A stretch of DNA of 32,000 bases from Bacillus alkalisoli (lineage in GTDB: Bacteria > Bacillota > Bacilli > Bacillales > Bacillaceae_I), in NCBI RefSeq assembly GCF_002797415.1, contig NZ_KZ454944.1, positions 3,671,356 through 3,703,355 on the forward strand, given 5' to 3'. This document shows, in pieces, positions 24,115 through 32,000 of this stretch (position 1 is the first letter of the stretch; each line of letters begins with the position of its first letter). Position numbers and translations under genes: made by a program. Under the pieces are notes generated by a model. That model did not search any database. It had not been told where the DNA came from and saw nothing but the letters and a program-made list of their open reading frames with translations.

Positions 24115-24832
24115 GGGCTTTTCCTCCAATACGATTTAAAATTTGTTCATAAGCTTCTGTTAAACTACCTAAATCTCGACGAAACACATCTTTATCTAGC
24201 TTTTCTAATGTTGTTGCATCCCATAATCGACATGTATCTGGGGAAATTTCATCAGCTAGCAAAATAGTACCGTCCAATGTTTTACCGAATTCTAGCTTAA
24301 AATCTATTAATTTAATATTCTTACTTACAAAAAATTCCGATAAATAATGGTTCACTTTTTGCGCTGAAAGTTTAAGTAAATCGATTTCTTCTTTTGTTGC
24401 TAATTTTAATAGTGTAATGTGGTCTTCTGTAATAAGTGGGTCACCTAACGAATCGTCTTTGTAATAAAATTCTACGATTGGGTGTTCAAGAGGAGTTCCC
24501 TCTTCGATTCCTAGCCGCTTTGCCATGCTACCTGCACAAACATTTCGAACGACGACTTCTAATGGAATGATGGAAACTTTTTTTACAAGTTGTTCTGTGT
24601 CAGAAAGCTTTTGGATGAAATGACTTTCGATACCAACTTCGTGAAGTTGTGAAAATAGGAAACTAGTAATTAAATTGTTCAGACGGCCTTTGCCTTCGAT
24701 GCTCATCTTTTTTTCACCGTTAAAGGCAGTTGCGCTGTTTTTGTATTGGATCCAGACGGTGTTTTCATCATTTGTGGAATACACCATTTTCGCCTTGCCT
24801 TCGTAAAGTAACGCTTGCTTTTGAATATCCAT
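24107..24832 (-). CDS. purC: SAICAR synthetase PurC, 241 aa
   Basis: LLYEGKAKMVY... is typical of PurC, and the gene sits between purB and purS. Confidence 0.96.
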   Translation of the reverse strand: MDIQKQALLYEGKAKMVYSTNDENTVWIQYKNSATAFNGEKKMSIEGKGRLNNLITSFLFSQLHEVGIESHFIQKLSDTEQLVKKVSIIPLEVVVRNVCAGSMAKRLGIEEGTPLEHPIVEFYYKDDSLGDPLITEDHITLLKLATKEEIDLLKLSAQKVNHYLSEFFVSKNIKLIDFKLEFGKTLDGTILLADEISPDTCRLWDATTLEKLDKDVFRRDLGSLTEAYEQILNRIGGKAHV

Positions 24833-24907
24833 CTAGTTTGTCAGCTCCTTTTTTAGCTGTTAGCCTTTTGATTTAAGAATTAGTAAGGGGGAATAAATCC
24901 CCCTTTT

Positions 24908-26200
24908 TTATAGTTCTAAGCGGTTGAAAATAGTGTCTACGTGTTGTAGGTGGTAGTTGTAGTCAAAGCAATCTGCTATTTGTTCTGCTGTTAGTCGAGA
25001 GTTAATAGTTGGATCAGCTTCTACTAGTTGGCGGAATGGGACTTGTTGTTCCCACGCTTCCATTGCTTTCGGTTGAACCGTGTCGTATGCTTCTTCGCGT
25101 GACATACCTGTATCGATTAGGGCGAGCAATACTCGTTGTGAGTATATTAAACCTAGTGTGCGATCCATGTTACGTTTCATGTTTTCTGGGAATACCGTTA
25201 AGTTTTTCACGATGTTACCAAAACGGTTTAACATGTAATTTAGAGCAATGGTTGCGTCTGGTAAAATGATTCTTTCTGCCGATGAATGAGAAATATCACG
25301 TTCATGCCATAATGGCACATTTTCATAAGCAGTCATCATGTATCCACGAATAACGCGCGCAAGGCCGGTCATGTTTTCAGAACCAATTGGATTACGTTTA
25401 TGTGGCATCGCAGAAGATCCTTTTTGTCCTTTTGCAAAGAACTCTTCTACTTCGCGTGTTTCACTTTTTTGAAGGCCGCGAATTTCTACTGCAAATTTCT
25501 CAATTGATGTTGCAATAAGCGCGATTGCACTCATATAGTGTGCATGGCGATCACGTTGTAATGTTTGCGTTGAAATTGGTGCTGCTTCTAAACCTAACTT
25601 CTCACAAACATACTTTTCTACAAAAGGATCGATGTTTGCGTATGTACCAACTGCCCCAGAAATCTTCCCAAACTGTACTCCCGCTGCTGCTTGCTTGAAA
25701 CGCTCTAAGTTACGTTTCATTTCTTCATACCAAAGTGCAAGCTTTAAACCGAAAGTTGTAGGTTCTGCATGAACGCCGTGTGTGCGGCCCATCATAACTG
25801 TATATTTATGTTCTTGTGCTTTTACTTTTAAGATTTCTACAAATCTTTCTAAGTCTTGAAGTAAAATGTCATTTGCTTGTTTTATTAGGTAAGAGAGGGC
25901 TGTATCTACAACATCTGTAGACGTTAATCCGTAATGCACCCACTTTTTCTCTTCGCCTAACGTTTCCGAAACAGCTCTAGTGAATGCCACTACATCGTGG
26001 CGCGTTTCTGCTTCAATTTCATAAATTCTGTTCATGTTAAACGAAGCATTTTTGCGTAGTTTTGCTACATCTTCTTTCGGTATTTCACCAAGTTCTGCCC
26101 ATGCTTCACATGCTAGTATTTCTACTTCTAGCCAAGCTTGGAATTTGTTTTCTTCCGTCCAAATAGCACCCATTTCAGGTCGTGTATAACGTTCAATCAT
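24908..26200 (-). CDS. purB: adenylosuccinate lyase PurB, 430 aa
   Basis: [12 protein letters not shown]-terminus and the fumarate-lyase signature [13 protein letters not shown] at 26198-26200 follows GGAGG and forms an ATGA overlap with the purK stop. Confidence 0.96.
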   Translation of the reverse strand: MIERYTRPEMGAIWTEENKFQAWLEVEILACEAWAELGEIPKEDVAKLRKNASFNMNRIYEIEAETRHDVVAFTRAVSETLGEEKKWVHYGLTSTDVVDTALSYLIKQANDILLQDLERFVEILKVKAQEHKYTVMMGRTHGVHAEPTTFGLKLALWYEEMKRNLERFKQAAAGVQFGKISGAVGTYANIDPFVEKYVCEKLGLEAAPISTQTLQRDRHAHYMSAIALIATSIEKFAVEIRGLQKSETREVEEFFAKGQKGSSAMPHKRNPIGSENMTGLARVIRGYMMTAYENVPLWHERDISHSSAERIILPDATIALNYMLNRFGNIVKNLTVFPENMKRNMDRTLGLIYSQRVLLALIDTGMSREEAYDTVQPKAMEAWEQQVPFRQLVEADPTINSRLTAEQIADCFDYNYHLQHVDTIFNRLEL

Positions 26201-27351
26201 CGTAATGCCTCCACTTCTTCTTTGTTCCAACTTGTTATTTTTTCTGCTTTTTTTAAAGCAAGGTCCATTGTATCAGCTAAAACGTTTACATGTCCCATTT
26301 TCCTTTTTTCTTTTCGTTCTTTCTTTCCATATAAATGAAGTTTGACATCATGGTAGAGTGGAATGTTATCTAGAGCATATTCCACATGTTCTCCTAATAG
26401 ATTAACCATTACCACAGGTTTCCATAAATTTGTTTCACCGAGTGGTAAACCGCAAATGGCACGAATGTGTTGTTCAAATTGGGATGTCTCACACGCATCG
26501 ATGGAAAAGTGTCCCGAATTATGTGGTCTTGGTGCTAGTTCGTTAATGAAAATGTTTTCTTCTCCTACAACGAACATTTCGATAGCGAGTGTCCCTACTA
26601 CGTTTAAGTGATTCGTTAAGGTCATTGCCGCTTCCATCGCTTTTTGTTGTAACTCCATAGAGATTCTTGCTGGCACGATTGATTGGTGTAGGATATTACT
26701 CACATGAATATTCTCTGCCACCGGTAATGTTTTCACTTCACCAGACACACTCCTTGAAACAATAACCGAGATTTCCATATGAAATGGTAACCATTTTTCT
26801 AGAATGCACTCACCCGATTGTAGTAATTCAGAAGCAATCTCCATGTCTTCTTTTTGACGAATCACAAATTGTCCTTTTCCATCATAGCCGAATCTACAAG
26901 TTTTTAAGACAGAAGGAATACCAATTGTTCCAATTGCCTTTTCTAGTTCTTCTTTTGTAGAGATGATTTGAAATGGTGCAACGGACAAACCAGCTTCTTG
27001 AATCATTTTCTTTTCTACACCACGGTGTTGTGTCATTTTTAAAACATGGCTACCTTGTGGTAAATACGTGTTGTTTTCTAACCAAGACAAAGTAGTAAAG
27101 TCAATATTTTCAAATTCATATGTGATAACGTCTGAAATGTTAGCTAGTTGTTGTATCGCCTTTATGTCATCAAAGCTTGCTGTTATTTCTATATCTGCAA
27201 TTTGTCCGCACGGAGAATTAGGTGTCGGATCTAAAACGGCTATTTTATATCCCATTGCTCTTGCGGAAAGAGCCATCATTCTGCCTAATTGTCCTCCACC
27301 AATTATGCCAATCGTCGAGTCAGGTAAAATTGTTTTAAACAAGTTCTTCAC
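26197..27351 (-). CDS. purK: N5-carboxyaminoimidazole ribonucleotide synthase PurK, 384 aa (GTG start)
   Basis: [16 protein letters not shown]-grasp N-terminus. It overlaps the purE 3' end by 17 nt. Confidence 0.94.
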   Translation of the reverse strand: MKNLFKTILPDSTIGIIGGGQLGRMMALSARAMGYKIAVLDPTPNSPCGQIADIEITASFDDIKAIQQLANISDVITYEFENIDFTTLSWLENNTYLPQGSHVLKMTQHRGVEKKMIQEAGLSVAPFQIISTKEELEKAIGTIGIPSVLKTCRFGYDGKGQFVIRQKEDMEIASELLQSGECILEKWLPFHMEISVIVSRSVSGEVKTLPVAENIHVSNILHQSIVPARISMELQQKAMEAAMTLTNHLNVVGTLAIEMFVVGEENIFINELAPRPHNSGHFSIDACETSQFEQHIRAICGLPLGETNLWKPVVMVNLLGEHVEYALDNIPLYHDVKLHLYGKKERKEKRKMGHVNVLADTMDLALKKAEKITSWNKEEVEALR

Positions 27352-27823
27352 TGCTTTCTAACACTTGATTTTTGATTTTTTCCCTTCTATCTTCTAATCT
27401 CATTGCGAGTGATTCATCAAATGCACTGATTATTTGTGCAGCAAGTAATCCAGCATTCGCGGATCCCGCTTTTCCGATTGCAACAGTGGCTACAGGAACA
27501 CCAGCCGGCATTTGTACAATGGATAATAAAGAGTCTAACCCGTTCAGTGATTTAGATTGCACTGGAACTCCGATTACAGGTAGTGTTGTTTTAGCTGCTA
27601 CCATTCCAGGTAAATGGGCTGCTCCTCCTGCCCCTGCAATAATGACTTTTAAGCCTCTAGCGCGAGCGCTTTCTGCATATTGAAACATAAGGTCAGGTGT
27701 TCTATGTGCGGAAACTACTTTTTTCTCGTATGGTACTTGTAGTTCTTCTAATATGTCGCAAGCATGTTTCATCGTTTCCCAATCAGATGTACTTCCCATA
27801 ATTACGCCAACTTGTGCCGCCAT
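27335..27823 (-). CDS. purE: N5-CAIR mutase PurE, 162 aa
   Basis: [11 protein letters not shown]...SAHRTP...AGGAAHLPG motifs. It is the first gene after the riboswitch. Confidence 0.96.
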   Translation of the reverse strand: MAAQVGVIMGSTSDWETMKHACDILEELQVPYEKKVVSAHRTPDLMFQYAESARARGLKVIIAGAGGAAHLPGMVAAKTTLPVIGVPVQSKSLNGLDSLLSIVQMPAGVPVATVAIGKAGSANAGLLAAQIISAFDESLAMRLEDRREKIKNQVLESSEELV

Positions 27824-27882
27824 TTGAAAATCCCGCCTATCTATATATATTTTAAGTGTTATTCCCTATTAAAAACGACAAT

Positions 27883-27939
27883 ATAAAAAGCCCAGGTATA
27901 GACTACTTTCCGGTATGAGGGAAAGTAGTCTACCTGGGC
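27883..27939 (-). terminator. riboswitch expression-platform terminator (pur leader attenuator)
   Basis: Minus strand reads GCCCAGGTAGACTACTTTCC-loop-GGAAAGTAGTCTA(TA)CCTGGGC followed by TTTTTAT. The 5' arm and loop (ACTTTCCCTCATA) are complementary to the 3' strand of aptamer P1 (TATGAGGGAAGT), giving an alternative antiterminator pairing. Confidence 0.85.
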
Positions 27940-28002
27940 TTTGTGTCGTAACTAAAAAACAAAGCCAAGTAGCCGGACGTCAATAAAGATTGACGTGGAC
28001 TT

Positions 28003-28072
28003 CCCTCATAGTCCAACAATTTACGGTTGTCGGGTAGAAACTTATGGGCCATATTCCCAAGATTATATGAGG
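28003..28072 (-). promoter_or_regulatory. purine riboswitch aptamer, guanine/hypoxanthine class
   Basis: Minus strand reads CCTCATATAATCTTGGGAATATGGCCCATAAGTTTCTACCCGACAACCGTAAATTGTTGGACTATGAGGG. This nearly matches the B. subtilis purE leader aptamer as I recall it. The specificity position is C (GGACTATG), indicating the guanine class. Confidence 0.93.
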
Positions 28073-28095
28073 TCAATATCGTTGCTTCTGCCTTT

Positions 28096-28124
28096 ATTTT
28101 ATGGTGTTTATTCGTTATTGTCAA
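28096..28124 (-). promoter_or_regulatory. sigma-A promoter of the pur operon (TTGACA-17-TAAAAT)
   Basis: Minus strand has TTGACA (28119-28124), a 17-nt spacer, then TAAAAT (28096-28101), about 25 nt upstream of the aptamer. Confidence 0.7.
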
Positions 28125-28127
28125 CTC

Positions 28128-28171
28128 ATTTTCGAACGATTCTATATTATTACATTATAATGTTCGTGTTT
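28128..28171. promoter_or_regulatory. pair of inverted PurBoxes (PurR operator)
   Basis: ATTTTCGAACGATT (28128-28141) and, on the other strand, AAACACGAACATTA (28158-28171). Both fit the PurBox pattern AWWWCCGAACWWT, are inverted, and lie immediately upstream of the -35. Confidence 0.7.
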
Positions 28172-28181
28172 TGCGTATTCT

Positions 28182-28391
28182 TTAATCTGAAATTAGTTTT
28201 CCTTCAAAAAAAATTTTTCGTCCACAAGGGACCACTTCCATTTTTCCATTTACTTTTTCTTCTTTGAAAATAGGTTCTTCCATGCGCCTTACTGGCATGT
28301 AGCCTTCTTTTTTCATACGGTCTAAACATTGGTCAATTGTTTCCTTGTCCATTAATTCGAATTTTCGTTTTCCTTTTGCTTTTTGTGCCAT
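28182..28391 (-). CDS. yebG: NETI-motif protein (YebG-like), 69 aa
   Basis: [35 protein letters not shown] matches the NETI family pattern (here KETI). It sits immediately upstream of the pur promoter, as yebG does in B. subtilis. The start is uncertain: ATG 28391 overlaps yebE by 40 nt, and an alternative ATG at 28350-28352 forms a TAATG junction. Confidence 0.75.
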   Translation of the reverse strand: MAQKAKGKRKFELMDKETIDQCLDRMKKEGYMPVRRMEEPIFKEEKVNGKMEVVPCGRKIFFEGKLISD

Positions 28392-28930
28392 GCTTTTATT
28401 TTCCTTTCTTTCACGTTCTTCACCCAGAATCCACCATGTATCGTTTTTGGCTCGTAAGCGATTATGAATGCTTTTGGATCGTACTCTTTAATTGTCGTAT
28501 AAAGACTTAACTCATATTTTCTAGGAGTTAAAATTTGCATCGCCATCCGGTCACCTTCTAAGCCGTGTGCTTGCCAATTTGTCACTCCATATCCTTTTTC
28601 ACGAAGTAGTTTTGGTAAATCCTTATCGTACTCTTTTGTAATAACATTCACAGTTGTATGACCTAGTGCTAGTTTTTCTTCAATTTTCATTCCAACAACA
28701 ACACCAATACCGTAACCGAAAGCATATGCTAGCAGGTTTTGTATTTGATTTAAGTTATCTAAAACTAACCCAAGACCTACCACATAAATAATTACTTCAA
28801 TTGTACTGATAAAAGCTGCTAAATATCGACGACCTTTTAACGTCAATATCATACGTATTGTAAAAAATGAGACATATATAATATTAATTATAATGATAAT
28901 AGCTACCATTACAAAGGCGTTGTCTAACAT
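28352..28930 (-). CDS. yebE: UPF0316/DUF2179 membrane protein (YebE-like), 192 aa
   Basis: Three N-terminal TM segments plus a C-terminal DUF2179-like domain, with matching synteny. ATG at 28928-28930 follows AAGGAGGGG; the ORF-track ATG at 28951 lies within that RBS. Confidence 0.85.
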   Translation of the reverse strand: MLDNAFVMVAIIIIINIIYVSFFTIRMILTLKGRRYLAAFISTIEVIIYVVGLGLVLDNLNQIQNLLAYAFGYGIGVVVGMKIEEKLALGHTTVNVITKEYDKDLPKLLREKGYGVTNWQAHGLEGDRMAMQILTPRKYELSLYTTIKEYDPKAFIIAYEPKTIHGGFWVKNVKERKIKAWHKKQKENENSN

Positions 28931-28990
28931 ATTTAGAAACCCCTCCTTCATCTTAAATTAACTTAAGTTGTAATTGATACGGTACTAATC

Positions 28991-29047
28991 GTTGTTTGCA
29001 CGAGGTACTCGCTTTCCGCGGGTGGTCTCGCACCTCGTGCTAACAAC
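28991..29047 (+). repeat. GC-rich palindromic element, miniature copy D (57 bp)
   Basis: Arms gttgtttgcacgaggt / acctcgtgctaacaac (15 of 16 complementary) enclose actCGCTTTCCGCGGGtGGtctcgc, the left-hand core motif of the family. Confidence 0.8.
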
Positions 29048-29054
29048 AACTTTA

Positions 29055-29083
29055 TTAATATGAATAATTCATGGTGTTATACT
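29055..29083 (+). promoter_or_regulatory. candidate sigma-A promoter for the BCCT transporter (TTAATA-17-TGtTATACT)
   Basis: -35 ttaata (29055-29060), 17-nt spacer, extended -10 TGtTATACT (29075-29083). This implies a leader of about 200 nt. Confidence 0.3.
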
Positions 29084-29290
29084 AACATCATACGTATTTT
29101 CAGCTATGATTCATTTAATATTAATAAGTGTCCATTGTAAATGATATGGAAGAAAGATGTAAACAAATAAGGCAATATTTTAGTATAAAGTGCCTATGGA
29201 TGTTAAAATAGTATAGCTTTTCTTTTCTAAACAAATACTTTTTATAAGAAAGAAGGGATGCAACATTAATATCAAGAGGAGATGTATAGC

Positions 29291-30814
29291 ATGAAAAAAA
29301 CAACCCCTGTGTTTTTAGTTTCAATCATTGTAGCTGTCTTATTCATTATTTGGGGAATCATTCCGCTTGGGAATTTGAGCTTAAACAATGTTACTACTAA
29401 CTTACAGTCATTTATCGTCAATAAATTTGGATGGTTTTACTTATTAACAGCGACTGGCTTTTTATTATTTTGTATTATTCTAATTTTTTCGAAGTATGGT
29501 AACATCCGACTTGGAAAAGACACAGATCGACCTGAGTATAATTACATAACTTGGTTTGCAATGATATTTAGTGCTGGTATGGGTATCGGATTAGTATTTT
29601 GGGGTGCTTCAGAACCGATCTACCATTTTCATTACCCTCCAACTGGAGAAGGTGAAACTGCTGAAGCAGCCAGAGTAGCAATGCGCTATTCATTTTTCCA
29701 TTGGGGTTTCCATCCTTGGGCGATATATTCTGTTATCGCACTAGCCCTTGCTTACTTCCAGTTCCGTAAAGGATCACCTGGAGTAATAAGCTCTATATTA
29801 AGACCTGTACTAGGAGACAGAGTAGATGGTTTTACAGGCTTAATCATTAATTTTATTGCTGTATTTGCCACTATATTTGGTGTCGCAACATCACTAGGGT
29901 TTGGGGCAATGCAAATTAGTGGTGGACTATCAAGTATAGTCCCAGCGATAAATAATACTTTATTCACTCAATTAGTTATCATTTTAGTTGTTACTGTATT
30001 GTTTATGATTTCTTCTCAGACTGGCTTAAACCGTGGGATTAAGCATTTAAGTAACTTTAATGTTGTATTAGCACTTTCTTTATTGCTCTTTTTACTTTTT
30101 GCAGGACCGACTAACTTCATTATGGATTTATTTACAACGACTATTGGAGGGTACATTCAAAACTTACCATCCATGAGCTTCCGCTTATTCCCGTTTGATC
30201 AAGAAAACAGCTTTGTTCAAGACTGGACTGTGTTTTATTGGGCCTGGTGGATTGCTTGGGCACCTTTTGTTGGAACGTTTATTGCTCGTATTTCAAAAGG
30301 GCGAACGATTCGTGAATTTTTACTTGGTGTGTTATTAGTTCCTACTATTTTCGGTGGTTTATGGTTCTCCGTATTCGGAGGTTCCGCTATCTTCTTAGAA
30401 TATTTTAATGGCGTTTCTGTTTATGATGTCATTAATAATGAAGGAACGGAAGTTGCACTATTTGCAGTACTTCAACAATATCCACTCGGATTAATTATGT
30501 CTGGTATTGCTATATTATTAGTATGTACATTCTTTATTACTTCTGCAGACTCTGCTACATTTGTGCTTGGAATGCAAACGACTAACGGTAGTTTAAATCC
30601 TCCAAACTCATTGAAGTTTGTTTGGGGTATTGTTCAATCCGCTGCAGCCGCAATTTTGTTGTATTCAGGTGGACTTGGTGCGCTACAAACAGCTTCAATC
30701 ATCGCTGCTTTCCCGTTTGCTATTATCATGATATTAATGGTGGTTGCGTTGATGAAGTCGTTTAAGGAAGAAAAAGTGCCAATTAAAGGATATAAACCAG
30801 TTGATGAAGAATAG
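29291..30814 (+). CDS. opuD: BCCT-family glycine betaine/osmolyte transporter (OpuD-like), 507 aa
   Basis: BCCT signature WTVFYWAWWIAWAPFVGTFIARISKGRTIREF and 12 predicted TM segments. AGAGGAG lies 9 nt before ATG 29291; the ORF-track ATG at 29282 abuts the RBS. Confidence 0.9.
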   Translation: MKKTTPVFLVSIIVAVLFIIWGIIPLGNLSLNNVTTNLQSFIVNKFGWFYLLTATGFLLFCIILIFSKYGNIRLGKDTDRPEYNYITWFAMIFSAGMGIGLVFWGASEPIYHFHYPPTGEGETAEAARVAMRYSFFHWGFHPWAIYSVIALALAYFQFRKGSPGVISSILRPVLGDRVDGFTGLIINFIAVFATIFGVATSLGFGAMQISGGLSSIVPAINNTLFTQLVIILVVTVLFMISSQTGLNRGIKHLSNFNVVLALSLLLFLLFAGPTNFIMDLFTTTIGGYIQNLPSMSFRLFPFDQENSFVQDWTVFYWAWWIAWAPFVGTFIARISKGRTIREFLLGVLLVPTIFGGLWFSVFGGSAIFLEYFNGVSVYDVINNEGTEVALFAVLQQYPLGLIMSGIAILLVCTFFITSADSATFVLGMQTTNGSLNPPNSLKFVWGIVQSAAAAILLYSGGLGALQTASIIAAFPFAIIMILMVVALMKSFKEEKVPIKGYKPVDEE

Positions 30815-30826
30815 AAAATTAAAAAG

Positions 30827-30870
30827 AAGAGTCAACCTTTGTTACGATATAATGGAGGTTGACTCTTTTA
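30827..30870 (+). terminator. intrinsic terminator after the BCCT transporter
   Basis: AAGAGTCAACC-19 nt loop-GGTTGACTCTT followed by TTTTA. Confidence 0.6.
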
Positions 30871-30913
30871 CTAATTATAGGTCTTTCTCGGATTAAAAGG
30901 AGTTTCATCGGTG

Positions 30914-31140
30914 TTATCAAGTTCATTTTTATTTTTTTCCATGAGCAAAATGAACTTCATTCGCCTTATCAAGTTCATTTTCCTTTTATTCCTTGAGCAA
31001 AATGAACTTCATCGGCCTTATCAAGTTCATTTTCTATTTTTTCCTTGAGCAAAATGAACTTCATCGGCCTTATCAAGTTCAACTTCTTCTTTTATCGCTG
31101 GAAGAATGAACTTCATTACTCTTATCAAGCTCATTTTTTT
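30914..31140 (+). repeat. 52-bp tandem repeat array, about 4.4 units, related to the array at 19177
   Basis: TTATCAAG starts at 30914, 30966, 31018, 31070 and 31122, an exact 52-bp period. Unit: ttatcaagttcattttctattttttccttgagcaaaatgaacttcatcggcc, containing the 11-bp inverted repeat AAGTTCATTTT / AAAATGAACTT. Confidence 0.95.
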
Positions 31141-31226
31141 AGGTCCTCACCTCTTCCATTTCTCATATCACCTTCTAAACGTAAAAGAATACACTATAGG
31201 TAAATACCTATTACGGAGGGGAAACC

Positions 31227-31691
31227 ATGTCCTTCAATCAGTTCAAACATTTTCACGATTGGCGAAAAAATTGGGATCAGTTTTTTGGAGAGGATTTTTG
31301 GAATGGCTTTGAGCCAATGATTCAAAACATGCATACACAAACAAACTTGTATAAAAAAGAAAATGAAATCCTATGTATAATTGCGTTACCAGGCCTCAAT
31401 CAACCAGAGGATGTGGAGGTGTATATCCGAAATCAAAAAATCGAAGTGAAAGGGGTCACTCGTATTCCTATTCAAGGTTTTGAGCTAGTAGATGAAGGAA
31501 TAGCACAAGGGAATTTTGAACGAATAATCGAGTTACCATATCCAGTAAGAGACGATAAAGTTGAAGCAACTTATGAGAACGGTCTTCTCTACATCCATCT
31601 CCACCGCTACATCCCCGGAGACACGAAACGAAAAATTATCATTGATAAAAGCACTGAACCAGGAAGGAAATTCATCACACCGAGCGAATAG
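31227..31691 (+). CDS. Hsp20/alpha-crystallin family small heat-shock protein, 154 aa
   Basis: GGAGGGG lies 6 nt before the ATG. The alpha-crystallin domain pattern is present (...NFERIIELPYPVRDDKVEATYENGLLYIHL). Confidence 0.85.
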   Translation: MSFNQFKHFHDWRKNWDQFFGEDFWNGFEPMIQNMHTQTNLYKKENEILCIIALPGLNQPEDVEVYIRNQKIEVKGVTRIPIQGFELVDEGIAQGNFERIIELPYPVRDDKVEATYENGLLYIHLHRYIPGDTKRKIIIDKSTEPGRKFITPSE

Positions 31692-31711
31692 TCATTTGTT
31701 CGGTGTTTTTA
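31680..31711 (+). terminator. possible weak terminator after hsp20
   Basis: CCGAGCGAA-loop-TTGTTCGG (with wobble pairs) followed by TGTTTTTA. It overlaps the stop codon. Confidence 0.35.
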
Positions 31712-31775
31712 TTTGCCCTAAAATATTTTTAAAAAGCGATGTTAAACCTTAGTGTTGATATTTAACTATTTATTA

Positions 31776-31905
31776 GCTGTTGATTTCCGTGCAAGGTTGA
31801 GACTCCTGCGGGAGAAGCGGGGAGCGGGAGACCCCACAGGCGCTTGCGCCGAGGAGGCTCCCGGCCCGCCCGCGGAAAGCGAAGCCTTGCACGGAAATCA
31901 ACAGC
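31776..31905 (-). repeat. GC-rich palindromic interspersed element, copy E (130 bp, inverted relative to copy A)
   Basis: Arms gctgttgatttccgtgcaaggtt / agccttgcacggaaatcaacagc (23 bp, one G-T wobble). The core is ACTCCTGCGGGAGAAGCGGGGAGCGGGAGACCCCACAGGCGCTTGCGCCGAGGAGGCTCCCGGCCCGCCCGCGGAAAGCGAAG. Confidence 0.9.
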
Positions 31906-32000
31906 GGTCTTTAACACAACTAAAAAAAGATAAAATTTTCGTGAACGATTTATACACAAGAAACGTCTTATGTTTGAATTCACTAATTGCTAGCATTTAG

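Noticed and set aside
28960-28969. 10-bp palindrome AACTTAAGTT upstream of yebE as a possible operator
   Set aside because: It is short, AT-rich, isolated, and has no recognisable family match. Palindromes of this kind are expected by chance in an AT-rich intergenic region.
29121-29324. 67-aa minus-strand ORF overlapping the opuD start
   Set aside because: It has no RBS, its composition is AT-rich and of low information, and it overlaps the opuD promoter, RBS and first codons.
31141-31226. Possible sporulation-sigma (SigE/SigK-like) promoter for hsp20: TCATAT ... ATACAC
   Set aside because: The spacing between the candidate -35 and -10 elements (about 20 nt) does not fit either consensus. 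I cannot support it from sequence alone.

Overview
This AT-rich window looks like a conserved Bacillaceae core-chromosome region. It is inverted but syntenic with B. subtilis yebE-yebG-purEKBCSQLFMNHD-yerA-yerB-yerC-pcrB-pcrA-ligA-yerH. The minus strand carries the complete 12-gene purine biosynthesis operon, with a sigma-A promoter, paired PurBoxes and a guanine-type riboswitch with its terminator. It also carries yerABC, the pcrB-pcrA-ligA-yerH(CamS) cluster and a P5C dehydrogenase. The plus strand carries a 5'-truncated proline symporter, a DUF2892-like membrane protein, a BCCT (OpuD-like) transporter, an Hsp20 gene and two short ORFs missing from the ORF track. I see no transposase, integrase, cas, restriction or other recognisable defence or mobile genes, and no multi-gene novel system. 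The genes do not explain three kinds of non-coding repeat. (1) A GC-rich ~130-bp palindromic interspersed element occurs in 5 copies, one of them inside the pur operon; its terminal stems covary between copies, and it produces spurious ORFs and false N-terminal extensions. (2) Two related arrays of an exactly 52-bp tandem repeat occur at separate loci, one in a 540-bp purF-purM gap and one upstream of hsp20. (3) Two helically phased ~21-bp direct-repeat arrays occur, TGTTTCAAT x8 between convergent terminators and YTACAC x4 upstream of a small ORF. All protein calls come from recalled family motifs and synteny; no searches were run.
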